64,000 bases of DNA from Clostridia bacterium (GCA_045545475.1 JAZQAZ010000034.1:41713-105712), one strand, 5' to 3'. Shown: positions 17,736 through 27,967, counted from the stretch's first letter. The notes: generated from the letters alone by a model not told the origin. Made by a program: numbers and translations.

Positions 17736-19400
17736 ATGTTGCTTTCAGGTGCAGATATTATAGTAAAAACTTTAATAGAGCAAAATTGCGAAGTTGTTTT
17801 CGGCTACCCCGGAGGGCAGATATTGAACGTCTACGATTCGCTTTACAAATACAAAGATGAAATCCGCCATATCTTAACGGCTCACGAGCAGGGTGCCGCT
17901 CATGCGGCAGACGGTTATGCAAGAGCCACGGGCAAGGTTGGAGTTGTTATGGCAACAAGCGGCCCCGGTGCTACAAATCTTGTCACCGGAATTGCTACGG
18001 CTCATCTTGATTCCGTTCCTATGGTGGCGATTACAGGTAACGTAATATCAAGCCAGATAGGTAATGACAGCTTTCAGGAAATTGACATAACAGGTATCAC
18101 ACTTCCTATTACAAAACACAACTATTTCGTTGACGATATTTCCGAGTTAGCGGATACTATCAGAGAGGCTTTTGCTCTTGCAAAAAGCGGAAGACCAGGC
18201 CCGGTCTTAGTTGACGTTCCGAAGGATGTACAGATGGCTTTTTATGAATATGAAAAAGAGGAGCCTGTAGAGCCTTACGAAGCTTTCCCCGCAAAGGAAA
18301 TAAGGATAAAGGAAGCGGCAAAAACCATAAATAAAGCTAAAAAGCCTTTTATTTATTTCGGAGGAGGTCTTCTGTCATCGGGGGCAAAAGAGGAAATGCT
18401 TGCCTTGGCTGAAAAAATCGATGCCCCCATCGGTTGCTCTCTTATGGGGCTTTCGGTAATTCCTACGGATCACCCACGCTTTTTAGGAATGCAGGGGATG
18501 CACGGTAATTTAGCCTCGACGCTTACCATGCATGCATCGGATTTAATTATTGCCCTCGGCGTCCGCTTTTCAGAACGTGTGGTTGGAAGAAGGAATAAGT
18601 TTTCTCCAGATGCAAAAATTGTGCATATTGATATTGACGGTGCGGAGTTATCAAAGATACTGTCAACAGAGCACGCCTTGAGGGGAGATATAAAGGAAAC
18701 GCTTACAAAGCTTATTCCTCTTATACGCACAAAGCATAATGAAGAATGGAATGATACGGTAGTAAAAAACAGAGAAAAAGCGGCGTCTCTTTCTGACAGC
18801 AGAGAGGGAATGACACCAAAGAACATACTCGGACTTTTAGGAGAATTTTTAAGTGAGGATACCCCGGTTGCAACGGATGTGGGACAGCATCAGATGTGGT
18901 CGGCACAGTATCTCAAATTCAGAAAAGAACGGAAATTCCTAACCTCCGGGGGACTTGGTACAATGGGCTTTGGTTTAGGAGCGGCAATCGGTGCATCTGT
19001 CGGAACAGACGAACGGAGTGTTTTAATAACAGGCGACGGAAGCTTCGGCATGAATTTAACTGAGCTTGCAACGGCGGTTAGTGAAAAAGTTCCTGTTGTG
19101 ATAATTATAATGAATAACGGGGTACTGGGAATGGTCCGCCAGTGGCAGACTCTTTTCTTCGATAAGCACTATTCGGAGACGGAGCTTTTAAGAAAAACCG
19201 ATTTCTGTGCTGTGGCAAAGGCTTTCGGTGCAACAGGCGAAAAGGCAGAAAATCTTTCGGAGCTTAAGGCGGCACTTGAAAAAGCCTTTAAGGAGGAAGG
19301 ACCTTTCGTTATTGATTGCAAGGTTTGTAAAGACGAATTTGTTCTTCCCATGCTTCCACCGGGAGGCTCGGTTTCCGATATAATAACAGAAAAGGAGTAA
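17736..19400 (+). CDS. ilvB: Acetolactate synthase large subunit
   Basis: FGYPGG, HEQGAAHAADGYAR, TSGPGATN, DVGQHQMW, GDGSF..NN TPP motif. Confidence 0.96.
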   Translation: MLLSGADIIVKTLIEQNCEVVFGYPGGQILNVYDSLYKYKDEIRHILTAHEQGAAHAADGYARATGKVGVVMATSGPGATNLVTGIATAHLDSVPMVAITGNVISSQIGNDSFQEIDITGITLPITKHNYFVDDISELADTIREAFALAKSGRPGPVLVDVPKDVQMAFYEYEKEEPVEPYEAFPAKEIRIKEAAKTINKAKKPFIYFGGGLLSSGAKEEMLALAEKIDAPIGCSLMGLSVIPTDHPRFLGMQGMHGNLASTLTMHASDLIIALGVRFSERVVGRRNKFSPDAKIVHIDIDGAELSKILSTEHALRGDIKETLTKLIPLIRTKHNEEWNDTVVKNREKAASLSDSREGMTPKNILGLLGEFLSEDTPVATDVGQHQMWSAQYLKFRKERKFLTSGGLGTMGFGLGAAIGASVGTDERSVLITGDGSFGMNLTELATAVSEKVPVVIIIMNNGVLGMVRQWQTLFFDKHYSETELLRKTDFCAVAKAFGATGEKAENLSELKAALEKAFKEEGPFVIDCKVCKDEFVLPMLPPGGSVSDIITEKE

Positions 19401-19404
19401 TTTT

Positions 19405-19911
19405 ATGGAGAGATATACTCTTGCGGTACTGGTAAGAAACCGTTTCGGTGTTCTTAACAGAGTAACCAGCATGTTCAGAAGAAGAAGGTTTAATATAAGT
19501 GCCCTTACGGTTAGTGAAACGGAATCTGCGGATTTTTCACGAATTACTGTGGTTTTCGACGGGGATGACGACAACAAGGATCAGCTTATCAATCAGCTTT
19601 ACAAGCTTCCTGATGTGTCCTCAATTCGTGAGCTTAACAAGTCGGAGTCCGTAAGCTGTGAGCTTATGCTTATAAAGATGGAAAATAATCCCGAAACAAG
19701 AGAGGATATATTAACGGCAGCTGATGCCTTCGGTGCAAAAACCGTTAACTATACAAAGGATGCCATTATGTTCCGTCTGACGGGAGACAGCGTGAAAATT
19801 GATGAATTCATAAACCTTATGCGTGATTTCAACATTCTTGAAATCTGCCGAACCGGAAGCGTTTCCCTTGAAAAGGGCGCAACCACCATAAGGAAGGTAA
19901 CAAATTTATAA
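19405..19911 (+). CDS. ilvN: Acetolactate synthase small subunit
   Basis: ACT domain VLVRNRFGVLNRV..F.RR.FNI; EICRTG. Confidence 0.93.
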   Translation: MERYTLAVLVRNRFGVLNRVTSMFRRRRFNISALTVSETESADFSRITVVFDGDDDNKDQLINQLYKLPDVSSIRELNKSESVSCELMLIKMENNPETREDILTAADAFGAKTVNYTKDAIMFRLTGDSVKIDEFINLMRDFNILEICRTGSVSLEKGATTIRKVTNL

Positions 19912-19958
19912 GATAAAAAACCGTCGCATATGCGGTGTACTCATAAGGACAGTAATTT

Positions 19959-19998
19959 AAAAAGGCAGAAACAATTAAATTTGTTTCTGCCTTTTTTT
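19959..19998. terminator. Terminator just inside the left end of the element
   Basis: aaaaaggcagaaacaa/ttgtttctgccttttt. Confidence 0.75.
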
Positions 19999-20011
19999 CT
20001 GCCTTTTTATT

Positions 20012-20035
20012 GTAGGGGCGATTCGCGAATCGCCC
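20012..20035 (+). repeat. GTAG-type REP sequence
   Basis: GTAG-GGGCGATTC-GC-GAATCGCCC: GTAG tetranucleotide followed by a palindrome. Confidence 0.65.
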
Positions 20036-20115
20036 ATTTTTAAGGTCTTAGGATTATCCTAAAATATTGGAAGATGCCATACATCTTCCCTGCTTGTTAC
20101 AATGCCGGACATAAT

Positions 20116-20991
20116 TTATTTGTTCGAAATATATATTCCCGTTGTAATGAGCAAAAATGATATAATATATTGCATTTTAAATATATTCTCGCCTAAAATC
20201 AAAGCTCCAAATATACATGCAAACACCGGTTCTGCAAATTTTACGATAAATAGTTTTGAAAGCTCCCCGTTTTTCACCACGGAAAACCAGATGCAATAGC
20301 TGAAAATTGATGCAAAACATATGTAAACCATGACAAATGCAGATTTGCTAAAGGCAAAGTCCATCCCCCCGCCCAGGAGATTGCCTATAATCAATAAAAC
20401 TATACCGCCAAACAATTGTGATATTCCTGTTGATGTAATCGGTTTTACTGTTTGAAATACCTTTTTACTAATTACATTTGAAAAAACGGTGCAAAAAGAC
20501 GCTGCAATAATTAGTGCATCGCCAATATTAAAACTTATTCCACCAAAATTTGCATTTATCGCAACAATACCCACAAATCCTATAAGTACGCCAATCAGTT
20601 TTTTTGCAGTAAGCTTGTCTTCTTTAAAAAACATAGAGGAAAAGCAAACATAAAATAATACACCAACTTGTTTTAATATTGCAGTTTTAGAACTATCTGT
20701 GAGCTTCAATGCACTATATGTAAAGCTATAATGCAAGATTATTGCAAAAAGTCCTGATAAAAGAACAGGAACTAATGCATTTTTTGCATCTTTAAAGGAA
20801 ACCTTATCTGTAATAAAAGTATACAAGCATATAAGTGCACCGCATATAGTAAACCTAACTCCGGCGAAAAACAGAATATCTCCGGTTGTTACAATGTTGT
20901 ATGCACCATAACCGAGCTTTACCATAGGAAAAAGCGTTCCCCAAAGGAGCATTACCAAAAGTGCATAAAGCATAGATTTATTTTTACTCAT
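20116..20991 (-). CDS. DMT/EamA family transporter
   Basis: LLWGTLFPMVK, AGVRF, EPVFA..GE; about 10 TM. Confidence 0.9.
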   Translation of the reverse strand: MSKNKSMLYALLVMLLWGTLFPMVKLGYGAYNIVTTGDILFFAGVRFTICGALICLYTFITDKVSFKDAKNALVPVLLSGLFAIILHYSFTYSALKLTDSSKTAILKQVGVLFYVCFSSMFFKEDKLTAKKLIGVLIGFVGIVAINANFGGISFNIGDALIIAASFCTVFSNVISKKVFQTVKPITSTGISQLFGGIVLLIIGNLLGGGMDFAFSKSAFVMVYICFASIFSYCIWFSVVKNGELSKLFIVKFAEPVFACIFGALILGENIFKMQYIISFLLITTGIYISNK

Positions 20992-21970
20992 TGCACACTC
21001 TCAAAACCACTTTGCCTATGTTTTCTCCTCTTTCTAAAATATCCAAAGCCTCGTTTGCCTCTTCCAAAGGCAGAACCTTATATATGGATGGCTTCATTTC
21101 GCCTTTTTCAATTTTTGGCCATACTTTTTCTACAAGTTCAGCAAGAAGCAAAGCTTTTTCTTCGCTTGTGCGTTTTCTGAGCATGCTTCCAACAAGGTGA
21201 AGCCCTTTTGTAAGAAGAGGTCTTAACATAATATTTGTCTCTGTACCCGCAAGAGTTGAAATAACTACCCAATATCCGCCTTCTGCCATATAAGGCAGGC
21301 TTTTACCAAGGGTTTCTCCGCACAGACAATCCATTGACATATTGACAGGAGTACCTTTTAATTCTTCTTGTTTTAAAAATTCCGAAACATCCTGCTTGGT
21401 GGAAATTATAACCACATCCGCACCAAGTGATACAATTTTTTCGGCAATTTCATCAGACAAAACGGAAGTAATAACTCTTGCGCCAAAAGCTTTTGCCATA
21501 GGAATTGCAACAGATGCAAGGCCACTGGCGCCGGCAGGAATAAAAGCGGTTTGCCCCACTTTAAGATGCCCCTCCCAAAATAAATTCAAATATGAAGTTG
21601 CATATGCTTCAGGCAAGGTCGCCGCTTCTTCAAAGGATAAATTTTTTGGCATTGGCATAACCATTCCTTCCGGGGCACAAACATACTGTGCATAACCGCC
21701 TCCGCCTAAAAGGGCACAAACAGAATCGCCGATTTTAAATCTTCCCTTTTGTTTTGCGGTCTCTCCCATAGCGTCAACAGTCCCTGATACTTCAAGACCG
21801 GGCCACTCGGGCCAACCCTTTGGAGACGGATATGTCCCCTTCTTTTGCAAAAGGTCAGCACGATTTATGCCAATCGCCTTGACTTTTATACGTATTTCAT
21901 CGTCACCTGCATTTGGTATTTCCGCGTCTGTCAATAACAGCTTTTCTTCTTTAACAGTCATTGCTTTCAT
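20984..21970 (-). CDS. NAD(P)H-quinone oxidoreductase (PIG3-like MDR)
   Basis: GINRADLLQKKGTYP, PGLEVSG, GGGYAQY, GKVVL. Confidence 0.9.
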   Translation of the reverse strand: MKAMTVKEEKLLLTDAEIPNAGDDEIRIKVKAIGINRADLLQKKGTYPSPKGWPEWPGLEVSGTVDAMGETAKQKGRFKIGDSVCALLGGGGYAQYVCAPEGMVMPMPKNLSFEEAATLPEAYATSYLNLFWEGHLKVGQTAFIPAGASGLASVAIPMAKAFGARVITSVLSDEIAEKIVSLGADVVIISTKQDVSEFLKQEELKGTPVNMSMDCLCGETLGKSLPYMAEGGYWVVISTLAGTETNIMLRPLLTKGLHLVGSMLRKRTSEEKALLLAELVEKVWPKIEKGEMKPSIYKVLPLEEANEALDILERGENIGKVVLRVCNE

Positions 21971-21986
21971 ATCAATCAGTTCCTTT

Positions 21987-23042
21987 CTATAATCTGTAAA
22001 CCACTTCGCCGTCTGCAATAGTCAAGATGCATCTGTATCCGTATTTGCTTTCAATGTGATTTTTGGCTGCGTCTGTCAGGTCAAAGCCTTCATCGGTATA
22101 GTCAAATACTGCAAGGTCAGCACGTCTGCCAACCCTTAAATATCCCCATTCGTTTTCTTTATGGAGAGCTTTTGCAGGGGCACAAGTTACTGCGCGGAAA
22201 ATATTTTCTTCATTCATGCCAAGTGCTTTCGCTATGTTCATACACATAGTCATTCCGTATCTTCCGCCACGCTTATAGGCGCTGAATTTAGTAATATCCG
22301 TGCTTATTGTATCCGGCAGATTTCCGTTCTTTATCGCACTTTCAAATACCGCAAAATCCGTATGGACATTTCCGGCAAAACCTGCATCAATAATAATTCC
22401 CTTTTCTTTTGCTTTGCTTAAGCACTCAAAATTATCTAAGGAAGCGTTATTTCCTCCGCCGTGGTATGCGTGAGTTATTATGTCGCCTTTGTTTAAGGTT
22501 TCTGAAATTTCAGACATACTGACAGGGGCGCCTGTCGTATGAACCATAACAATAAGGTCATTTCTTTTTGCATAATCGCAAACTTCTTTCAGCGGATTAG
22601 TATCTCGCACATCCGAACTGTTAGTGTCAAAGTACACTTTTATTCCTGCCGCCTTTTCTCCGTAATATTCGAGTAATTTGATGGTGTTATCGAGTTGTGC
22701 TTTATTATCTTTAAAGTCAGCACGGAGGAAGACCTTATTTTTTATAAGGGAATTACTATACTGCTCTTTGCGGTCAGGCTCTGCTGAAGCATCAGCCGCC
22801 GCCGTAACACCAAAGGGAATACAGCTCATTTCTGCGTTTATTCCCCAGTAGCCAAACATATGCGTATGAATATCAACAAGCCCGGTCGAAACAACCTTTC
22901 CGTCCGCATCATATATGTAGTCGGCACTCTCTTTTATATCAGGCGCTATTGAGTGGATATGTCCGTTGTCTGTCAGAATGTCAGCGTATAAAAATTGTTC
23001 TCCGTCCCATACTTTCCCGTTTTTAATCAATATTTTTCCCAA
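21987..23042 (-). CDS. Metal-dependent amidohydrolase/deacetylase (dihydroorotase-like family)
   Basis: GLVDIHTH, MVH, GDIITHAYHG, PDTISTD; TTG start. Confidence 0.85.
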   Translation of the reverse strand: MGKILIKNGKVWDGEQFLYADILTDNGHIHSIAPDIKESADYIYDADGKVVSTGLVDIHTHMFGYWGINAEMSCIPFGVTAAADASAEPDRKEQYSNSLIKNKVFLRADFKDNKAQLDNTIKLLEYYGEKAAGIKVYFDTNSSDVRDTNPLKEVCDYAKRNDLIVMVHTTGAPVSMSEISETLNKGDIITHAYHGGGNNASLDNFECLSKAKEKGIIIDAGFAGNVHTDFAVFESAIKNGNLPDTISTDITKFSAYKRGGRYGMTMCMNIAKALGMNEENIFRAVTCAPAKALHKENEWGYLRVGRRADLAVFDYTDEGFDLTDAAKNHIESKYGYRCILTIADGEVVYRL

Positions 23043-24036
23043 AGAATTTCACACCACCTATTATTTCACTTAATACCTCTTGCACAGCATATTCATGTTC
23101 GTATGTAAAAGGATTTTCTTTTGTGCCGTTGATATAAGCATAAAAATCTTTCATCATTTCATCGTATCTGCCTGTGTCAGTATTATCTTCAAACGGAATA
23201 AAAATCTTTCTGTCCTCATAGGTGGCATCTGCAATTGATGTATCAGAATATGTCATTGTAAGCGGACGCTCAATCGGACAGATATTAACAGTTCCTTTGC
23301 TGCCTGACACCATAAACTGCCGTCTTCCAAATCCATTGACCTCAACAGAAGAAACAAAAACTCTTGCCAGTGCCTTTTCATATTCCAGAACAGCAAGATT
23401 ATTATCCGCGAAATCAATGTCTTCTAACATTGTGTGCTTTAGGAATGCTGTTATATTATCGGGTTTTCCCAAGATGTAAACTATTAAGTCAACCAAGTGA
23501 GAACCTAATATATACATAATTCCGCCACCGAAATTTGTGAGCCACCTTTTATAATCCTTTGGGTGATATGTACTCATTTCAGCATTGATAGAATAAATCT
23601 CACCGAGCTTGCCGTCTTTTATCAGTTCAAAGCATTTCTGTACTGCCGGATTATAACGAAACATATATGCTAACTGTACAATAAGATTTTGTGCTTTTGC
23701 TGACTCTAACAAGCTTTTGTATTCTTCCAATGTGCCGCTTGCAGGCTTATCCATATGAATATGCTTTCCTGCATCCACACATTTTTTTGCAGTTTCGGTT
23801 AAATCCCATACATCTGTTTCAATCAGCAAAGCATCGCATTTATGGATTAATTCATCCACCTGATATCTTGTTAATCCTTCATATCCTTTTGCTTTACCAC
23901 GTTTCTTTATCCATTCTTCGTTTTCTTCAGCAAAGCCAATGATTTCAAATAGTTCAGGAAATTTTCTGATTGCAAGCATTTTATCTTCGCCGTGATTATG
24001 TCCTATTCCAATTTGTCCGATTTTTATTTTTTTCAT
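23023..24036 (-). CDS. Gfo/Idh/MocA family oxidoreductase
   Basis: IGQIGIGHNH, DKP, YMFRYNP, GGIMYILGSH. Confidence 0.9.
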   Translation of the reverse strand: MKKIKIGQIGIGHNHGEDKMLAIRKFPELFEIIGFAEENEEWIKKRGKAKGYEGLTRYQVDELIHKCDALLIETDVWDLTETAKKCVDAGKHIHMDKPASGTLEEYKSLLESAKAQNLIVQLAYMFRYNPAVQKCFELIKDGKLGEIYSINAEMSTYHPKDYKRWLTNFGGGIMYILGSHLVDLIVYILGKPDNITAFLKHTMLEDIDFADNNLAVLEYEKALARVFVSSVEVNGFGRRQFMVSGSKGTVNICPIERPLTMTYSDTSIADATYEDRKIFIPFEDNTDTGRYDEMMKDFYAYINGTKENPFTYEHEYAVQEVLSEIIGGVKFFGKNID

Positions 24037-25037
24037 CACATATTCCTCCAATCAAATACTGTTCCCATCGGGAAGTTTTTGTCGTCGCAAAGTTCGTTGT
24101 AAATCTGCGGTGCATTTTCAGGCGATTCTATGCGTGATATAATAGGCTCTACCTGAATTCGCTTTGATGCTATCATATCAAGGATTGCTCTGCAATCATC
24201 GTGATGTGTCCAGTGGTGCGGATAGGATTCAAACTTAGGACGCACAAAATTATGTGCACCGATAAGCTTAACACCCGGGCGATGCACCTGCTGATAATAG
24301 TCGACTGCACTGTCCGAAACTCTTGTACAACCAAGAAGAGATATTCTTCCCATCCAGGACGCACACTCAAGTGCCTGATTCATAGCCTGTGCTATTCCCG
24401 TAACCTCAACACAGCCGTTTACCCCTTTACCCTTTGTAACTTCTTTTACTTTTTCCACAAAATCTTTGTCTGACGGATCAAAAGCATAGTCGGCGCCAAG
24501 CTTTAATGCAAGCTCACGTCTTTGTGGATTAAGGTCTACTGCAATTACAGGATTTGCACCGGAAAGTCTTAAAAACTGCGTTGCAAATATTCCAAGCAGG
24601 CCCTGTCCCATAACCATTGCGCTTTCGCCAAGCTCTATTTCCAGCTTCCTGACTCCGCCAAGCCCCATGGAAGCGATAATTACAAATGCCGCTTCAAGGG
24701 ATGAAACATTATCATTTTCGACCTTTGTTATATCATCTTCGGTGCGGATATTATATTTAGAATGGCAGCCGTGATAAACTAAAACTCTGTCGCCAACTGA
24801 CACCTTTTTTACATCCTTGCCGATTTCTTCTACATATCCTACACCACAGTACCCCAGAGACATAGGGAATTTTTGCGAAGTATTGTTCATTCCTAAAATG
24901 CAGGCTCTTTCTGTACCGCCACTCACAACTGTATATTCCATTTTCGCAAGCACTTCATTTTCTTTTACTTTGCGGACTTCATTTTCTAAAAGCTCCGCCT
25001 TGTGAACATCTGTAAAAAATATCTGTTTATTTAACAT
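24036..25037 (-). CDS. Zn-binding alcohol dehydrogenase family (MDR) protein
   Basis: VSGGTE, LGYCGVG, GQGLLG NAD-binding motif. Confidence 0.88.
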   Translation of the reverse strand: MLNKQIFFTDVHKAELLENEVRKVKENEVLAKMEYTVVSGGTERACILGMNNTSQKFPMSLGYCGVGYVEEIGKDVKKVSVGDRVLVYHGCHSKYNIRTEDDITKVENDNVSSLEAAFVIIASMGLGGVRKLEIELGESAMVMGQGLLGIFATQFLRLSGANPVIAVDLNPQRRELALKLGADYAFDPSDKDFVEKVKEVTKGKGVNGCVEVTGIAQAMNQALECASWMGRISLLGCTRVSDSAVDYYQQVHRPGVKLIGAHNFVRPKFESYPHHWTHHDDCRAILDMIASKRIQVEPIISRIESPENAPQIYNELCDDKNFPMGTVFDWRNM

Positions 25038-25094
25038 ATTGCACCTCACTATATCTTTTTCATATTATCAATCACAGCTTTAACTGTTTTTAAA

Positions 25095-25256
25095 TCAAGC
25101 TGTTCCATTGTACTGCTTTGGGAAAATCTGCCGACACAGAATATTATCTGCCCCGTCATACATACAATTTTTGATTTCTGCAATTGCGTCTTTTGCAGTT
25201 TTTTCTCGGATAGCTCCTGCAATAGCAGGTGCCTGTAGTTTTGATAACACTTTCAT
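25095..25256 (-). pseudogene. N-terminal fragment of a probable type I 3-dehydroquinate dehydratase-like TIM barrel
   Basis: GAGGTG RBS; MKVLSKLQAPAIAGAIREKTAKDAIAEIKNCMYDGAD followed by abrupt unrelated sequence and stop; first gene of the operon. Confidence 0.5.
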
Positions 25257-25395
25257 AAAATCACCTCTTGATGCCATTATACAAAAGAGTGAAATAAAAC
25301 GAAATAGCAAATATGATATTTTTATCAAATTTGCTACAAAATTATTGACAAAATATTTTCTATGATTTACAATTATTCCAAAAGGTGTGATATAT

Positions 25396-26154
25396 ATGAA
25401 TTTAGAAATTTTATCAGATTTGATTATTACCAAAGTCTATTCTGCAACTACAATGTATACAGAAAAAAATGCAAAAACTGAAAGAAATAATCGTCCAAAC
25501 TGGGCAATTGTTATCAAATACGAAGGGGAAACCCTGTATGTTTCCGGTGGAAAATCCTATCTCTCAGACATAAACAATCTTGTTATTTTACCAAAGGGCT
25601 GTTCTTATGAATGGCGGTGTACACATTCTGGACACTTTTCAATTATTGAATTTGAAAGCGAACTTGTATGTAATGACATTTTCAGTTTTTATGTGAAGAA
25701 CAGCGAGAAATTTTTAAAGCTTTTCAAGGAGCTGGAATATCAAAGAACTCTCAGAAAGCCGATGTATGAGGCTGAAAGTATTCGTGACACATATTCGATT
25801 CTGCTGATGCTGATACAATCTGTACAAAAAAAGTATTTACCTACCGAAAAAATAAATAAAATCAGTCCTGCATTAGATTATATTGCTAAAAACTATAATA
25901 TAAATATTAAAAACGACATTCTGGCAAATCTTTGCAATCTATCAACTGTTTATTTCAGAAAACTATTTACCGAAATTATGGGCACTTCACCAATATCGTA
26001 TGTGCATGAACTGCGCATAAAAAAAGCCAAGGAAATGCTGAAAAGCGATTACGGCAGCATAACTGATATAGCACAATCCTTGGGATATTTAAATATTTAC
26101 GATTTTTCAAGAACTTTTAAAAAGTATGTTGGTATTTCACCATCAAAATACTAA
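25396..26154 (+). CDS. AraC family transcriptional regulator (element cargo)
   Basis: C-terminal HTH LSTVYFRKLF..SITDIAQSLGY..FSRTFKK. Confidence 0.92.
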   Translation: MNLEILSDLIITKVYSATTMYTEKNAKTERNNRPNWAIVIKYEGETLYVSGGKSYLSDINNLVILPKGCSYEWRCTHSGHFSIIEFESELVCNDIFSFYVKNSEKFLKLFKELEYQRTLRKPMYEAESIRDTYSILLMLIQSVQKKYLPTEKINKISPALDYIAKNYNINIKNDILANLCNLSTVYFRKLFTEIMGTSPISYVHELRIKKAKEMLKSDYGSITDIAQSLGYLNIYDFSRTFKKYVGISPSKY

Positions 26155-26204
26155 AAAAGAGGCATAAATTATTGAAGTAGTCAATAATTTATGCCTCTTT
26201 TTTT
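26153..26204. terminator. Terminator just inside the right end of the element
   Basis: aaaagaggcataaattattga/tcaataatttatgcctctttt. Confidence 0.8.
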
Positions 26205-26252
26205 CTTTAACCATTATGTCCTTATGAGTACACCGCATATGCGGCGTTTTTT

Positions 26253-27125
26253 TTACTTTATGCTTGCTATATAAGCCTTAGGGGAAAAGCCGGTAGCTTT
26301 TTTGAAACTGCGGGAAAAGTTATGGATACTCGAATAGCCGAAAAGGTCAGATATCTGGCTTACAGACAGTGTTTTCGTGCGGAGCAGCCTCTTTGCCTCG
26401 CTTACGCGTAAGCTGTGATAATATTCTATAGGGCTTTGTCCAGTATCGTCACGGAAAAGCTTGCATAGCTGACTCTTTCCGATGGAGAACTTATCGCACA
26501 CGGCACTAAGGGTAACGGTGCTGTATACGTTGGATGCAAGAAAATTTTTTACAAGCTCAATAACGGAGCTGTCGGTGAGGGTGCGGTTTTCCTCTTGAGT
26601 TGGAATTCTCATGAAATAGGAGTTTTTCTCACGGTAGAGCTTTATTAAAAATTCCGTCAGATAGCAGGATAAAAGCTGTGTTGCACCGAAGGGAGCATTT
26701 GAGAAATCAGGACTGTCGTGCTTTTCCTGAAATCTTCTGAATTTTCCCAGCGTTTGCTGTGCTTCTTTTATGAAAAGGGAGAGAAGGGTTTTTTCCGTGC
26801 TGTCCAAAGTGAAAATTTTCTTTTTGAAATAGTCCATAGCTTCCCCTTCCACACTGAAGGAAATGACAAGCATATTATTTGGCACCTTCTGGTCGGAAAT
26901 ATGGGCGTGCAAATCATTGGGCTCGTGGAAAATTACCTGCCCCTGGGAAAGATGGGTGCTTACTCCGTCGGTTACGGCGATGATTTCTCCATTATCCACA
27001 TACACCAGCTCCCAGAAGTCGTGGCTTTCGGGGGCGTGGGTGAAATCCTTGGTGAACTCAAAGTAATATATGCTGTAAAAGCCAAGAACGTTTATTTCAT
27101 TTTTTATTTTCTGAAGTTCGTACAT
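26253..27125 (-). CDS. AraC family transcriptional regulator
   Basis: ESHDFWELVYVD cupin; GYSSIHNFSRSFKK HTH. Confidence 0.92.
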   Translation of the reverse strand: MYELQKIKNEINVLGFYSIYYFEFTKDFTHAPESHDFWELVYVDNGEIIAVTDGVSTHLSQGQVIFHEPNDLHAHISDQKVPNNMLVISFSVEGEAMDYFKKKIFTLDSTEKTLLSLFIKEAQQTLGKFRRFQEKHDSPDFSNAPFGATQLLSCYLTEFLIKLYREKNSYFMRIPTQEENRTLTDSSVIELVKNFLASNVYSTVTLSAVCDKFSIGKSQLCKLFRDDTGQSPIEYYHSLRVSEAKRLLRTKTLSVSQISDLFGYSSIHNFSRSFKKATGFSPKAYIASIK

Positions 27126-27248
27126 CTATGTCACCTCGTCGGAATAAATGATACAAAATAGAACCAAAGTGATAAATACTTTTTATTTTTTTTATTATAT
27201 AATAATAGTAGCGTAATGTCAATTTTAATTTGAAAGAGAGGTATATTT

Positions 27249-27947
27249 ATGAAAGTTCTGGCAGTTGGATGTCATCCCGATGACGTTGAAATCGGATGCA
27301 GCGGCACACTCATCAAATGTGTAAAAAGAGGCGACGAGGTTATGGTTTGCCACGTAGCTAACGGCGATATGGGACATGCTATTATTATGCCCCCCGAACT
27401 TCGTGAAATAAGAATAGGAGAGGCAAAAAAGGCAGGAAGTCTTGCCGGTATCAAGGTTACAACACTTGACATCGGAGACCTTATGCCCAATGCGGCTATC
27501 CAGGAACAGCGTGATAAGATGGTTAAGCTCTTAAAAGAGTTCCAGCCTGATTTTATTATTACTCACGCTCCCAACGACTATATGCCCGACCACAGAGAGG
27601 TTTCAAAGCTTGTGTTTGACGCATCCTTTGCGGCAAGCGTACCTCACTACGGTGCAGAAGGTTCTGCTGCAGTAACTCCCATTTTCTATATGGACAATCT
27701 TGCGGGAACAAACACCATTCCCACAGAGTATGTTGATATCACTGATGAAATCGACTTAAAGCTTCAGATGCTTGAATGCCACGAAAGCCAGCTTAAGTGG
27801 ATGAGAGACCATGACCACATCGACTTTGCTGAGTTTGTAAAGAGCTGTTCACGCTTCCGCGGAATCCAGGCAAGCTGCGGCTATGCAGAAGGCTACACAC
27901 AGGAGCTTTCCTGGCCCAGAATCACAACAAAGAGACTCTTACCGTAA
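27249..27947 (+). CDS. PIG-L/LmbE family N-acetyl-sugar deacetylase
   Basis: HPDD, DYMPDH and HESQ motifs. Confidence 0.9.
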   Translation: MKVLAVGCHPDDVEIGCSGTLIKCVKRGDEVMVCHVANGDMGHAIIMPPELREIRIGEAKKAGSLAGIKVTTLDIGDLMPNAAIQEQRDKMVKLLKEFQPDFIITHAPNDYMPDHREVSKLVFDASFAASVPHYGAEGSAAVTPIFYMDNLAGTNTIPTEYVDITDEIDLKLQMLECHESQLKWMRDHDHIDFAEFVKSCSRFRGIQASCGYAEGYTQELSWPRITTKRLLP

Positions 27948-27967
27948 AATAAAAGGAGGAAAAAAAC

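Larger units (their letters stand above)
19934..26234. mobile_element. Non-autonomous cargo element (MIC/tIS-like) with 18-bp terminal inverted repeats and 8-bp TSD; no transposase
   Basis: IRL ggtgtactcataaggaca 19934-19951; IRR tgtccttatgagtacacc 26217-26234; GCATATGC at 19926-19933 and 26235-26242. Confidence 0.82.

Noticed and set aside
20050-20115. Minus-strand mini-ORF MSGIVTSREDVWHLPIF after the DMT gene
   Set aside because: Could be a gene remnant but is too short to assign
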